Positions 24,474 to 37,010 of a stretch of DNA of 64,000 bases are shown one piece after another. The stretch's first letter is position 1. The number at the start of each line of letters is the position of its first letter. The notes beneath the pieces were generated by a model. The model was given only the letters and a program-made list of their open reading frames with translations, had not been told where the DNA came from and did not search any database. The position numbers and the translations under genes are program-made. This stretch comes from Lama guanicoe (taxonomy: Eukaryota): contig MU053881.1 of assembly GCA_013239625.1 (NCBI GenBank), positions 7,773,957 through 7,837,956 of the forward strand. The letters are read 5' to 3'.

Positions 24474-25429
24474 AATTTGATTTGTTTGGCAGATTAGGGA
24501 ACCAAGAGAATACGAAGCCATCAGTGGCTACAGTGAGCAACTGAGGAAACTGCTCCTGTTCAGGGTTCTCTGCTCTGCTCAGGGGTCCCCTGATGTATCG
24601 TGACATCCATACATCCTCGTGGATGGAGGTGCCACCTCTGAGCTGGGATTCCAGGCCTCTGGGTTTGGTTCTGCCCTTCTCCTGGGGCCTGCCAGGAAGT
24701 GTCCGGCCTGGAGCTTCCGCTCTGAATAGCAAAGCCACTTTGGCCCTTGGTGATGCTTCTGAAAATACCAATAGACCTGGAAGGCATCCAGGCTGCCTAG
24801 GAAAGTGCCTGGAGAAGGGGACCCAACTGATTTCATTACTAAAGCAAACAGTCCTGGTGACCTTTGGGAATGAGCACACTTTGACTTCCTCCCTCCCTCA
24901 GGCCTTGGCTGCAGCAGCTGAACATTCCATACCTCCCTGAGAAAGAGGAGGCCCTTGCTGTGAGGGTGCTGGGGCCTGCTGCTGCCTGAGGTGCCTCCTT
25001 CCCGCCTCCTCTCACTGGTCCTGTGCTGACTGAGGGGAAGCAGCAGCCCTTGCTGGACAGTAGGTCAATAGTGAGGCAGGTGAGTCTGGGAGCCGCGTCT
25101 CTTGAAGATTCTGGAGGATGATGCAGACAGACTCAAGCAAGTGGGCCCCCCGGGCATCCTGTTCACCCAGCCCAGGAAGCCCATTGATTTTTCAGGCTCC
25201 CCGAATTGGCCGTTCCCACCTTGCAAATTGCTTATGAAAGTCAACAGGCCCTTTACTGAAGGCCCTCTCGCATGCCTGTGTCTGCTTGGGTCACCGAGCA
25301 GATATTAGACATACTTCCCGCTCTCAAGGACCTTCAGGAGTTAATGGAAAGTTGAGACCCACACATTAGGTAATACATCGTGACAGTCTCAGATGAAGGG
25401 CTGAACTTAAATACCAGGTATCATTATCC

Positions 25430-25640
25430 AGGAGAGGTAAGAGCACAGGTTTGGCATCAGGTGTCTGGGTTCAAATCCCATCGCCATGATTTTGGTCAAG
25501 TTTGACTTTGGGCAACTCTGTTTCCTTATTATAGGGTGACCAGGAGTACTAGCCTCAAAGCATTTCCATGGGGAATTAAATGAGATGGCACGTGGGACGT
25601 GCCTTGTGCGGTGCAGACTCGTGGTCTTCGTGTTATTACC
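25430..25640 (+). mobile_element. MIR SINE
   Basis: ctgggttcaaatccca...tgactttgggcaa...gaattaaatgagatggcacgtg. Confidence 0.75.
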
Positions 25641-25769
25641 AGCTACGGCTACTAGTTGTCAAAATGTATTTGAGGGACCCCAGAAGTACAGAAGTCCTGA
25701 ATCTAAGCACACCCGCTACCGCACGGTGGGCCTCCCTGCTCTATTTCTTTCAGCAATGGTTAGTCATTC

Positions 25770-26510
25770 TGACTGATCAGTTACCCAAGCGGGAGCCCCC
25801 GGGGCCACTTTTAACACCTCCAGTCCTGCAACTCTCTCAACTCTCACGTGCGTTCAGTCACAAAACCCTGCTGACTGCCCCTCACATTTATCTCCAACTC
25901 TCCAGTGTGACTCTTACCCTTAGCCAGGTCCTCACACAGCCGCACTGATTAAACAGCTCGCCTTGCTTCTGATTTCCCCTTCTTCCAAACCAGGCGTACG
26001 GCTACTCAAGAGAACTTTTAGACATCCAAAACAGACCATCATTCCCTTGCTCAGACCCTTTCTGTGGCTCCTTAGGACTCTCAGTACACAGCCAAGCCCA
26101 AATCCTTTCTCGTGACCCTCAGGGGCCCTCATGGTATGACCTCTGCCTGGCTCTGCAGCTTCGTCGCTTGTGTTCCCCAAGTACCTCTGTGTTCCAGACA
26201 CTCTGGGTCTCCTGGTCCTCCGTGACCATGCGCATACTGCTCTCAGAGTCTAGAACCCTTTGTCCCTGTCTCCTGAAGAGTCTCAATTATGCTTTAAAGA
26301 TAAACGCCAAGCTGCTTTCCTTGGAAAGCCTTCCTTTCCCAGGTCTGGGTGAGCTGCCCCTCCTCTGTGCTCCTACAGTATCTTTGCTTGCAAGAGTATG
26401 CTGCAAATTTTTGTTTCCATGTCTGTCTCCTTCACCAGCATCTGACATCCTTCTTCATCTGCATCTTACTTATGCAGATAGAGGGAGGCACTGTATTCGT
26501 AATGAAAACT
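25770..26510 (+). mobile_element. L2 3' fragment
   Basis: cattcccttgctcagaccctttctgtggctcc; ttccttggaaagccttcc; ccctcctctgtgctcctacag. Confidence 0.7.
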
Positions 26511-26518
26511 GACTGGTA

Positions 26519-26705
26519 AGATGGATGGGTGGATAGCGGATACATGGACAAGATGGGTAGACGGGTGGATAAGTGAATGGTTGAGTAGAATAGTGGGTGG
26601 ATGGATGGGTGGACAGACAGACCATAGACAGACAGGGTAAAGGGTTGGTTGTGTGAATGGATAAACTAATGGTGGCATGGTTGAATGAATAGACAAATGA
26701 ATGAC
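26519..26705 (+). repeat. Degenerate (GGAT/GAAT/GACA)n low-complexity tract extending the L2 tail
   Basis: atggatgggtggatag...ggtggatggatgggtggacagacagac...tgaatgaatagac. Confidence 0.8.
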
Positions 26706-27994
26706 TTCAATAAAGTGGCAAAAGCCTCTAATGAGATCTTACACCCTGGTACCCTAAGGAAGACCGTCAGGGTACCACAAACACAAGGCTCTGTTTCTTG
26801 GAACTTCACAGTTCAAGCTGAAAAGCAGGATGACCTTGCAAGTAGCAGCCAGAGGGGTTTTAACCTTGACTTTCCCCATTGTTCCAGGAGGAAAGCTGAG
26901 GTGTGTTGACCTTAGAGGGAGAGGGGACACCCAGATGGACTTGACATCACTGACCTGGCCCATAGCCTGTTTGCCGACCTCCTCAGGTCTGACCTCATAC
27001 CAGCCCCGTTCAGTCCTTTTCTCCATCCAGGCATCACGGATTTATTTCTAGCTTGATCTAGGGCAGATTTGCACGTCTGGGCCCAGGGTGACAGAGCAGC
27101 AGATGGCATGAGTGATGGAGGACACCATGGCCACCAGCCTCCTCCGTCTGCAGCCCAGCGCTTACCTGCTCCTCTCTCAGAAGATGGCACATTTCACGCT
27201 TCATTTTCCTGTTCAGGAGCTGCTCTTCGAGCCGCCACACGAGAAGTGCACCTTGTGCAGCTTGGAGCCTTCGTCAGCTCTTCGAGGAAGACCTTTCAGG
27301 CCTACTTGGTTCACTAAATAAACATGAATAAATCCTGGAATAGAGTGAACCAGAAATGAAATGTCGTATCGAGCTCCCCTTGATGCGGGGGACCAGTATG
27401 CAGCCCACCCAGGCCAAAGCAGAGAGACCCCGATGCTCTGGGGAGAAGAGCCCAGCCCAGCCACCCTGCAGTCCTCGTTCAGGGTTTATGAAGCAGCAGG
27501 CAGAGCACAGTTGACTAAATTTGGTTGTGTTTTTATTTTTGTCCAGCCACAAATACCGGCAAAGAACTGCAAACGATTCCTTCCCTTCCTGGAGCCTCGG
27601 AGCCAAGCTGGTTTTATTTTTAGCTTCAGCTCTGGTTTTGAGCTTTTAGCACGCTCAGTACGCTAGGCACTGCAGGCAGCGGCGGGCCTCAGTGCGGGGT
27701 TTTTGCCTAGACTGGGGCGTTGGTTGTCTGAGTGTGACTCTCACCAGGCTTTGTGCAGCTATGACGGGAGAGGGTGGTTCCAGACAGACCCTCATAGAGA
27801 CCTGCTACTGGCCTTGGGGTCTTCCAAGAGCGCCCTCTTCAGGGAGGGAAGTGCACTCATGGTGAAAGGTGGTCTGGGCTGGGGGTGGTGGAGGTGGCAG
27901 ATCTGGATGAAAGGGAGCAGAGACGAAAAGAAGAAAAGGAAGGGGAGAACAGAAGGGAAGGAAGCTGTCACTGTTGAAAGGCCTTGAGCAACCC

Positions 27995-28205
27995 AGGGGA
28001 TCAGAATCAGGGCTCTGGAGGCAGGCGCCCGGGTCTGCATCCTGCCTTTACCACTTCCTAACAGGGTGGACTCGCAGAACATACTCAGCCTCTCCAGGCG
28101 TCCGTGTCCTTGTCTGTGAGATGCAGGTAATAGTGAAGACCGTCTTCAGGCTGCCCTGCCTGAGATCCCACCCCTCTAACACGTAGCGTAGCGTCTGACA
28201 TGCAC
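27995..28205 (+). mobile_element. MIR SINE
   Basis: gggctctggaggcaggcgcccgggtctgcatcctgcctttaccacttcct. Confidence 0.65.
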
Positions 28206-28244
28206 TTCTGACTCAGTTTGGTTATGATTGCCATGTTCTCATTA

Positions 28245-28410
28245 CATTGCTAAACGTTTATGCACATGCTGTGTCGTTAAGACTTACTATAACTCACCAA
28301 GTAGGGTCATTTGGCAGGTGGGAAACTGAGGCTCAGCGAGCTAGGTAACTTCCCCTAGGTCCCACAGCAAGAGCATAATAGAGCCAGACCTGAACCCAAC
28401 CGGCCAACCT
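28245..28410 (-). mobile_element. MIR SINE
   Basis: caggtgggaaactgaggctcagcgagctaggtaacttcccctaggtcccacagc. Confidence 0.75.
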
Positions 28411-28626
28411 CACAGTCACAGCAGCGTGCCCTCTCCGGGACCAGTGCTTCCATGTGTTCGAGAGGGACTTAACACTGACTATCCAGAGGCTGCTCTGAAC
28501 AAGGAGCTAGATTCCCAGCCCTGCCCTCCTCTCCCCCGGGATCCCCGCTTTCGTCCCACTTCCATGACAGGAACACATGAAGAGCAGATACTGGGACACA
28601 CGAAGAGCAGATCAAAAGAGCCCCGG

Positions 28627-28874
28627 TCAAATTCACAGAGACAGAAATTAGAATGATGGCTGCCAGGGATGAGGGGGCGAGGGCAGTGGGGTGGTGGTGG
28701 TCAGTGGGTGTAGCATTTCAGTTTTGCAAGCTGCAAAATCTCAGGAGATCTGTTGCTCAACAATGTGCATATACTTAACGCTGCAGAACTTTAGACTTAA
28801 AAATGTCTAAGATGGTCAATTTTATGTTATGGCTTTTTCTTTAAACCACAATTAAACAAAAATTAAAAAAAAAA
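28627..28874 (+). mobile_element. Old L1 (L1MB-type) 3' end with A-tail
   Basis: tcaaattcacagagacagaaattagaatgatggctgccaggg...tttcagttttgcaag...aacaatgtgcatatacttaac...aattttatgttat...A-tail. Confidence 0.88.
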
Positions 28875-29715
28875 TTCCAGAGCGGGAGTCAGGTTGCTGT
28901 TTTGGTAGGGCAGGGAATTTGAGTTTCTCTTGTCCAACTTCCCAGCCTTTCTTGGCTTCCTTCCAGTCAGGAGTCTCACCGACAGCATCTCTGGTCCACT
29001 CCTGCCCACACGCTGGGTGAACCCCTTTAGGGCTGAGCCGCACACTTCTGACAGGAGCCTCATTCCTCGAGGTCCTAAATGCTTCTCTCTCACACACTTT
29101 GCCTTTTTAAACTTCTCTCTAGTCCCCTGTCCTTCTCACGTATTTGTCCGTCAACCTGGAATGAAAAGGGGAAAAGGGCATAAACGCCGTCCGGGGAATC
29201 ATGTCTGCTTGGTGCGGTGGGGGCAGTGCAGGCTTTGGGGCCAGAAGCCGGGAAGCAGCTCGCCTTTTCTTCCCTGCAGCTGGCTTGGCTCTAAGATGGG
29301 CTAATACAGTTATCTCACATAGCCCAGCATGTGGAGTTCACTCCAAGTGGAGAAGTTCAGCCAGGCTGTCAGTGATGCTGTTGCACCAGGAGATTCTGAG
29401 GATTCTGGGGACAGGAGATTTGTGGACACTGGTTTGGGCTTCGCCGATTAGGCTGCATAGAGATGCTTGGACAGAGAGGCCTGGGAGCAAGCATGGAGCA
29501 GGTGCGCCCTCTTGGCTGCACACTCCCAAGGAGAACCGTCTTCATGGAGACCACAGCAATGGCTCACTGTCCCTCAGAAACGCAGGTGGCCTTCTTTTCT
29601 GTGGGCATCAGCATCAGCCACTCTCAGGAGAGAGTCTGGCTCCGTTGCCACCATCCCCCGTGGGGCATCCCTACTGGGCTGGGTCTTCCCCCCAGCCACC
29701 CTGCACACCTAGACC

Positions 29716-29978
29716 GAGAGCCGACGTCCCCATTGTGCACGGCGGGGACAGCGCCCAGGGTCAATAACTTTTAGGGACCCATGAAAATGTTTTAATTTCT
29801 TTTAAAAGTAGAAGAAGAGAAATGTGTTCAGGTCGAAGGAAACATTATGTAACATTAATATATTTGTCTTTATAATAACATAGTTATAATATATAATACT
29901 TAATTTTTTTTTAAATAGGGGAATGTGCCTGGAAAGGCAAAAGTGCCAAGGGCCCACGGAAGTCGTAAAGCAGCCCAG
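29716..29978 (+). mobile_element. ORSL-like hAT-Tip100 MITE
   Basis: acttttagggacccatgaaaatgttttaatttcttttaaaa...aaggcaaaagtgccaagggcccacggaagtcgtaa resembles the ORSL consensus as I recall it. Confidence 0.7.
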
Positions 29979-30419
29979 CTCTGGTGCGAAGAGCCCGGCT
30001 GCCAGGGATTCCGTTTGACCCTCCAACCCCTGGTGATCTGCCCCACCCTCTTCTCTGTCCCTGTCTCCACTGCTGTCTGTTCCACCCCCCCCACCCCTCG
30101 CCATTTAGGATCTGGAATATTCTCTCGTATTTTATTTATATTTAGGATTCCGTTTCACATGCTGGATCCATCACTTGGCAGTAGCTAACTAGAGCAAGCA
30201 CGTTCTGATGAGTTAGTGATGTCTCTCTGAGGCTTGTGACGGGGGAGTGGCCAAAAACACGCCGTATTCTTGCTTATGATCGACCTGTGCCTTTTATCCC
30301 CAACTTGCCTGCAAGCTCCATGAGGTGGAATATGCCTCACACGTGCTGAGCATACCCCGTGGAAAGACCTGGAAGCTCTTCATACCTGTTGACTGATGGA
30401 TGGGTCCAATTTCGTGGCC

Positions 30420-30454
30420 CCTTGACATCCTTTCATTCTTGTTTTCCTCTTCAG
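30420..30454 (+). promoter_or_regulatory. 3' splice site of the SLIT3 exon (branch point candidate, polypyrimidine tract, AG)
   Basis: cttgAc at 30421-30426, pyrimidine tract tttcattcttgttttcctctt, CAG ending at 30454. Confidence 0.9.
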
Positions 30455-30526
30455 GCGCCTGAACAAGAATAAACTCCAAGTCCTCCCCGAAATGCTTTTC
30501 CAGAGCACCCCGAAGCTCACCAGACT
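30455..30526 (+). CDS. SLIT3: Internal 72-nt coding exon of slit guidance ligand 3 (one LRR unit of the first LRR domain; probably exon 4)
   Basis: ttttcctcttcAG|G CGC CTG AAC AAG AAT AAA CTC CAA GTC CTC CCC GAA ATG CTT TTC CAG AGC ACC CCG AAG CTC ACC AGA CT|GTgagt = (L)[23 protein letters not shown](L). This matches mammalian SLIT3 as I recall it ([24 protein letters not shown]). A symmetric 72-nt phase-2 exon is typical of SLIT LRR exons. Exon number is inferred. Confidence 0.95.
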
Positions 30527-30532
30527 GTGAGT
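30527..30532 (+). promoter_or_regulatory. 5' splice donor of the SLIT3 exon
   Basis: CT|GTGAGT, consensus GTRAGT. Confidence 0.92.
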
Positions 30533-32793
30533 AGCATGGCTTTGTGTTCTCTACCCGGTGTCTTGCCTGGATTTGTTGACGAGGAGAATGTGGCTGCCTC
30601 AGTGTGGGGAGCCCCGAGCCACGCGCGGCTCAGTAGCGCGTCGGCACACACGGACCCTTGGAGCCGGGCTGCAGCATGCTGGCCCCACACTCCTCGCCAG
30701 CCCGCCTTTTGTGGTCCCTTCCTTCAGGGATCAGCTGCGTGAGTGGCCGACATGGATGCTATGGTCTTGTGGTAGCGTCTGCCTCCTTTGCAAGGAAGGA
30801 GGAAACTTTTCCTTGTAACTTGAATCTGAATTTATCTCAGGGAAATGCCCTGAGGGTGTGCTTGGATTCACACAAGCCAGCCGGTGGTCTCGAGGGCGCT
30901 GGTTTGGATTAAATGTTTCAACCTCACGTGGCCCTGCTGGTTGGAAGGATTCCTTTGTCTGCTTCTCCTGCTGCTGGCCTTGGAGTGCTGGGTCTGGAGG
31001 TCTGTGACTTAGTGGGAAAAAGAAAGAAACACCATGAGTTTTGCTTTATCTTTGGAATGGTCCAGGATATAATGAGAAGGATGGGAGGGGACTTGGAGAT
31101 GCCTCTGTGTATTTATTCAGCATGAGAGTTTGGAAGGTCCGGAGTTGGAGGTGCACGTCAGGATGGAGGTGGCGGTTCATGTCTTGTGGGTTTTAGGCAA
31201 TTGCTAATTATTGACGGTGAACAGCTCCATGATTTTGAACCAGAAAGTCCTGCTGGCAGTGACTAGTGTACATTACGGGGTGAAGGGGTTGCCCAGGGCT
31301 TGACTTTCTGGATGGAGTGATAAGTGTCTGACTGCGGCGAGGGTTATAGCCTGGCTGGGAAGCTCTCACATTACCGGGGAGGCTCCAGAGTGGTGGCCAC
31401 CATTCTCGTTTCCAGTGGCTGTGTTTGATACCTACTTATGCAGTCCACCGATGCATGTAGGCTCTGGGATCGACTGGGAAATACGAAACACACAGTAATG
31501 TGCGCACTTAAGAAATTAGGAATCTGTATCTCTGTGTGTACACACGCACACAGGCTACACACATGAATGTACTTTCAAGAGCACTGTGTTGGAACAGAAA
31601 CAGGCCAGGGCTGGCTGGTGTTTCAGTGGTGCAGTGGCCCTGTGTGCCTTCTCTAGGACACACCTGGCTTTGTCAAGGTCTCCTCTTGCTGGTGCCCCGT
31701 TTCCCTCGCTCAGCCCACCTGTCTGGCTTGGCTAAACGTGGGAAATGGTGTGCCTCCATTTTCCGTCTTCCACTCTGAATCCACCGTGACGGGCGTGAGG
31801 GTGTGGGAAGTCCGATGAGTGTCCAGCAGAGCTGAGGAGCAATACCAAACGGGCACACGGGGAAACCACTCTGGTTTTTAACTTCCTCTTCCCTGTACAG
31901 TTCCTTCCGTAATTGCTCACCTGACAGCCATCTCCCCACCCAGCACTACCATGTGCCTTTTCAGTCTGCTTTTAACGAAATAATCAGGCTATATGCTGTT
32001 TGTCTTGAATCTGAGCATCACCTTTGAGCCTGTGGAGCTGGGGCTGCTGGCCGACTTTGAGTGGGAGGGGTCGGTGTCCCAGTTGCCGCAGGACATCAAA
32101 GGGGCTGGTTCTTGCTCACAGAAGGCGTGGCCATGCAGCTGCTCTCCATGGCCTTCAGGTGATGCCCATTTTGTGCGAGGCTGGTCTTGATTCAGGCAGA
32201 GGACAAATTTCAGGGAGTGATAACAGGTCTCTGAGATGCTGGAGGCCAGGCCCAGGCAGGTGGCACAAGGGTGTGGGAAAGTCCAGTGTAACTGCCAGTG
32301 TCTAACTGAGAGAGGTCGGGAGAGTCACTTCCGTCCTGTGCCTAGACATCCTTATCAGTAAATGGGAGTTGCCCCTCTTCCCTTCTCCCCCCACACCCTG
32401 GAGCTGTAAGCATCCTATGAGATTATGGCGTGCGTGTATTTTCTAGGGTTTAAAGTGCTGTATGAGAGTTATCGCTGAGATTCTTACCGTTACTCCTACA
32501 TTTCCCATCTTCACAGCCTCAGTTTCTAATCTCCTTTCTCTGGGAGGCATGAAGGAACCAGGAGCTGCCATGAACACTCCTATTATGTGGAGCTTTTGCT
32601 TCGAGCCGGAAAGCTGCAGCTGGGAAGGCGGAGATGACCTTTGACTCATTTTGGTACCTGTCTGTCTCCAGGTCCCCAGCCAGGCAAAGTGTGACACACA
32701 TAGACACTCAAGAGTTAGGTGAGTGAATAAATGAATGATGCAGGCCTAAGGATATAAACAGTGCTCGCGGGGAGTTTTGATTCCTTCGTGCAC

Positions 32794-32900
32794 CATTCAT
32801 TCATTCACTCACTCATTCATTCATTCGTTTAATAAGCTTTTCCCGGGTGCTTGTTCCCGGTGTTGAGCTGCAGACATGCAGACATGAAGGATGCCCAGTT
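32794..32900 (-). mobile_element. L2 3' tail with (TCAT)n
   Basis: cattcattcattcactcactcattcattcattc followed by degenerate L2 tail. Confidence 0.65.
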
Positions 32901-33475
32901 CTCCGTGTGCCCCGTCATGACACATTCTGAATGGCTGCCAAAAAGCTGAGAGCTAAATATAAATTTGTTTTTTAATTGAAGCAACTATAGGAACCCAGGT
33001 TTGGGCTGTAATCAGCAATCCCTTTTTCTCTCTGGGCTTGATCTTTGATTTTTCTTAATGACCCTGTTGTGTCTTTGTCTTATTTTGTCAGCCATTCCAG
33101 GGCCTTTCTGGAAATAAGCAGGGTGCAAATTAGAAATCAATAAATGTGCAATCATGAGTGTGTATACATATGCCACCGGCTCTGTTTTAAAAAAGCGCTG
33201 CCTCTCGGTTGACACAGCGAGCCATTTTCCGGGAAATGCTGGATGGGGATGCCGGGCGGCCGTCTCCTCCGTGGTCTGCCGTGTGGGATAAGCTGCAAAT
33301 CTGGACACCCTTTATCTTATTGAATCTACAGACAAAACCTGCATAATACCCAGTGTTACCCCAAAAATACCTTTTGGAGAGGCTTTGGTTGTATAATAAG
33401 ACATGTCTCAACTAGTGATGGGAAAGGGAAATAATGTTTATTGAGAACCTGTGCTATTATAATGCTACTACTAAC

Positions 33476-33968
33476 TGTTAGTGATGGAAATGTGACTAAA
33501 ACTAGTTTAACCCAAAGGGGAAATGTGTTAGTTCATATGCCCGAGAAGGCCAGTGGGGGTTACAGATGGCTTTAGGAGTAGCTGAGTCCAGGGGCGTGGC
33601 GGTGTCACTGGGACTTTATCTCACTCCCTCCAGCCCTCAGAAGAGTGCACGGGATGGTGGGCAAAAGCAGACTCAGAGGGAACTTAAGCCTAGCAACCTG
33701 GGTGGAGAGGGTGTCCTTGACAACAGTCCTGCAGAAGAGAATGAGGGTAAATTGCTTGGCTCCGTCACACGTCCAACTCTGAGCGGATTGTTGCTGCTGG
33801 TGAGATGGTGCCTTCCTATTGATCGGGTTTGGGTCGCATGTTCATCACAGTTGTGCGGGGGTGTGGGTGTGCGGGGCTTGGGGATGGGTTTCCCAAAGGA
33901 AAGAATAATTCTGTTATCAGAAGACGGAGGGAAGAGACGCCAAACTTAAAGCACAGCAGACATCCGCA
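33476..33968 (-). mobile_element. Old MLT1-type LTR
   Basis: aaactagtttaacccaaaggggaaatgtgttagttcat...tttcccaaaggaaa...ctgttatcagaagacggaggga. Confidence 0.6.
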
Positions 33969-34049
33969 AGTTTATTGAGCATCTAGCCTGTGCAGTTCCC
34001 CATGCTTTCACTGGGTGGTGTGGAGCCTCACAGTAACACCTCGCGATGG

Positions 34050-34400
34050 TAACAATAGTGAACAGATTGCATGCCAGGTGCTCTTCTGAGCATTTTACGT
34101 ATCACTTGCTTGATACCCCTAACAATGCTGTGGGGGAGGTGCTGTGATTGTTCCTGTTCTGTAGACGTGAAACTGAGGCTCAGAGAGGTCAGAGATCTTG
34201 CCCAGCATCCTGCAATTACGCAGTGACCGAACTAGAGTCAAATGTGGGTAGTCTGACTCCAAAGTCTGCTTTTTCCTACCACACTTCGCTCCCTGCTCCC
34301 ATTTTATAGATGAGGACACTGAGGCTCAGTTTAAATCACTTGTCCATAGATCCCGTATTTCTAAGCAGCAGCACTGGGCACTCTGCCTCAACACTCAGTA
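34050..34400 (-). mobile_element. Two adjacent MIR SINEs
   Basis: gaaactgaggctcagagaggtcagagatcttgccc and cccattttatagatgaggacactgaggctcag. Confidence 0.8.
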
Positions 34401-34984
34401 TTAAATCAGTGTTAAATCTACTTCCGAAGCTTAGAGGTGCTGTCTACCTTACTCATACTTGTATGCCCAGGACACAGCAGCCCTGGGAACCGAATGCATG
34501 TGTGTTGCCATGAGGTACTTCCGTTTTCTACCACGCCACACTGCCATGCTAGCTATTGTGGAGCGCTGAGGTCCTGCTAAGATGGTAGGTCATGGACCTG
34601 TCATGTATCCAAGTATCTCGATCAGGCTTTGGCTGGTTGCCCCACCCCAGACCCCCGCAGATCCAGCACCATCTGATTCCTTGACGCATGTGTATAGTAG
34701 TGACATATCTACCCTCTGACTCTGTTCTCCAGCACACAGAGCACGGGCCGTAGAATCTAGAGCTTAGAAGTACCCTGAGGTTTAGGTACTACCACTGTGG
34801 TCGGTAGAACACTCAGTGAAGTCTCTGTCATGCCTTGGGCACTCAGTAACTATTAGCTCACTCCCGTCCTGATGTGGATCATGAGGTTCTCAAGTGTCAG
34901 GACTGTACTTCTGCTCTTTCTAGGTTCCCCATCACTCCTGACCCAGAGCTGAGTATAGGAGATGGCAGGAAGATGAAGGGGCTA

Positions 34985-35190
34985 AGGGGCTGTTGGTTAC
35001 TTGCTGTGAGACCATGGGCAAGTTACTTTACCGCTCTGGGTCTCAGGTTCTGCATCAGTAAAGCAGACAATAATAGGACCTATTTCTCTGTGTTGTTGTG
35101 AGATGAACGGAAATCGCCCACAGGCAACCTTTGGCATCGATTATAACACATAGTAAGTACTCACTGAAAGATGGCCATGGTTAACTTTTG
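34985..35190 (+). mobile_element. MIR SINE
   Basis: gctgtgagaccatgggcaagttactttacc...tctcaggttctgcatcagtaaa...acatagtaagtactca. Confidence 0.8.
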
Positions 35191-36409
35191 CTGGCTGACT
35201 GATGGGAATGGTGCGTGTGCTGGGGCTTTGGCATCTGTGGTGTAAACATTTTAGCACCTGGCAAGGAATTCACCTGCAGAACAAATGAGGGTTGAGGGAG
35301 TGTTGCACTGGGAGTGGGCAGATCCTGGTCCTCCTACTGGCTCCACCACCCGCAAGCTGTGTGACCTTCGGTGTGTGACTTCACCTCTCTGAGCCTCACT
35401 TATCTCATCTAGAGAGGATGGGGTGGAGCGTGGTCTGTTCCATGTCTGTAGGTTATTGATTCCTTGCTTTTTGCCTCTCCTTCCAGCTTTCTCTTTCACC
35501 TACACATGGGGGAAGGACTGAAGGGTTTCTGCTTACTTGGAAGTTAAGTGGTTAATATTGCCAGAAATTCCTTAGAAGAAGCAAAAGACAGGATGAAAAC
35601 AGTAATTAAAAGCTCTCTGCCTTTCACTGGATTAGGGAGCTTTGAAGGGGATGAGAGGGACGCAGTGGTTCACAACTGTTTTTTGAGTTTGACTTTGCTG
35701 TATGAGGTTGAGCAGACCACCGGCGTCCTTCTGGTCCACCTCTCCTGGATTCATGTCCAAAGAGTCCCTTAAATATTTGGTAGTGGTTTAAAGCCTGTAG
35801 CTGAATAAGTAGTGGTGCTAGCAACAGGACGGAGGCCCCCAGTTATTCCCCACATGGTTCTACAAGGTATTTGACAGGTTAAAAAAACGCCACTGGGGTT
35901 AAACTGCTGTGGCTCACTTGGGTCAGTGGAGTGATAAGAGCCTTAGGAAGTTAATCCCCAGGCAGCTGAAAACAATATGAACCGTGGCCGACGGACTTAG
36001 CCCTGAGTCACTGGGGCGGCTGTCCTGGTGGAGCTGCTTCCCATCCAAAGAGTTAAAGGTCGTGAGACCTCAGTTTCTTGGGAACTTACCTCCAGTGGGC
36101 GAGTCCTCCTCTGAGCTCTCATTTCCGCCCGCTTGTATTTCTCCTTCGTATTCACCACTTTCTGCCCTCATCACACAGCCACGTGCATCCATGCCCTGTA
36201 TCCTCAAACAAACCGGAAGCTGCATTCGGCCAGGTGATCTAACGCCTCTTGGCGGCAGCCCAATATTCGAGCAGAGAATGGGGGGCTTTGGAGCCTTACA
36301 GACCTGGGTTTGGATCCTACTCTCTGGTGACTGACGCTGGGCAAGTGACCTCAGCTGTCTCAGTCCGTGAGAAAGTTGGCTGTAAAACGAGGGTGATAAC
36401 CATCACCGC

Positions 36410-36760
36410 GGTCTCAGTGTGCGAGGGCTGCCATGGCGAAGTACCTCAGGCTGGATGACTTAAACAACAGAAATCTGTTTCCTCACTGTCTGGAGCCTGG
36501 AAGTGTCAGATGAAGGTGCTGGCAGGACCGGCTCCCTGAGGCCTCCCTCCTCGTCTTGTAGACGGCGGTTTTCTTGCTGCTGTTTCGCGTGGTTGTCCCC
36601 TGTTCACCCTCACCCTGGTGCTCCTTCCTCTTCTCATAAGGATGCCAGCCGTATTGGCCTAGGGCACCAACCGCATTTTAGCTCAATCACCTCTTTAAAG
36701 ACCCAATCTCCAAATATTCTGAAATCCTGGGGGCAGGGGCCTTAATATACGAATTTACAT
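36410..36760 (-). mobile_element. MLT1B/C-like LTR
   Basis: agggctgccat...acttaaacaacagaaat...tcctcttctcataaggatgccagccgtattgg...tcacctctttaaagaccc. Confidence 0.8.
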
Positions 36761-36779
36761 CAGCACAGGCATTCCCCAG

Positions 36780-37010
36780 ATGTGTATCGCGTGTTTACCC
36801 TGGGTCAGGGGCTCTGCCAGCTGCTTTTAGGTAGATTCTCTTAGTCTCAGGTTTAGGAGGTTAGCTACTACGTTATCCCCATTTTAGAGATAAAAAAACA
36901 GAGTCCTAGAGATTTAGACAGCTCGCCCAAGGTCATAGAGCCAGTCACCGGAGGAGCCAAAATTCAAACCCAGGCTCGCCTGACTCCAGAGCCCACATTC
37001 CAGACCACAG
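36780..37010 (-). mobile_element. MIR SINE
   Basis: tatccccattttagagata...gcccaaggtcatagagc...attcaaacccagg...tgactccagagccc. Confidence 0.8.

Larger units (their letters stand above)
1..30454 (+). other. SLIT3: SLIT3 intron upstream of the exon (continues beyond the window)
   Basis: I found no other SLIT LRR exon upstream. The region is repeat-rich and non-coding, consistent with the very long 5' introns of SLIT genes. Confidence 0.8.

Noticed and set aside
27995..28410. Inverted MIR pair as a dsRNA- or circRNA-promoting structure near the exon
   Set aside because: The copies are too diverged for extended pairing and both lie on the same side of the exon.
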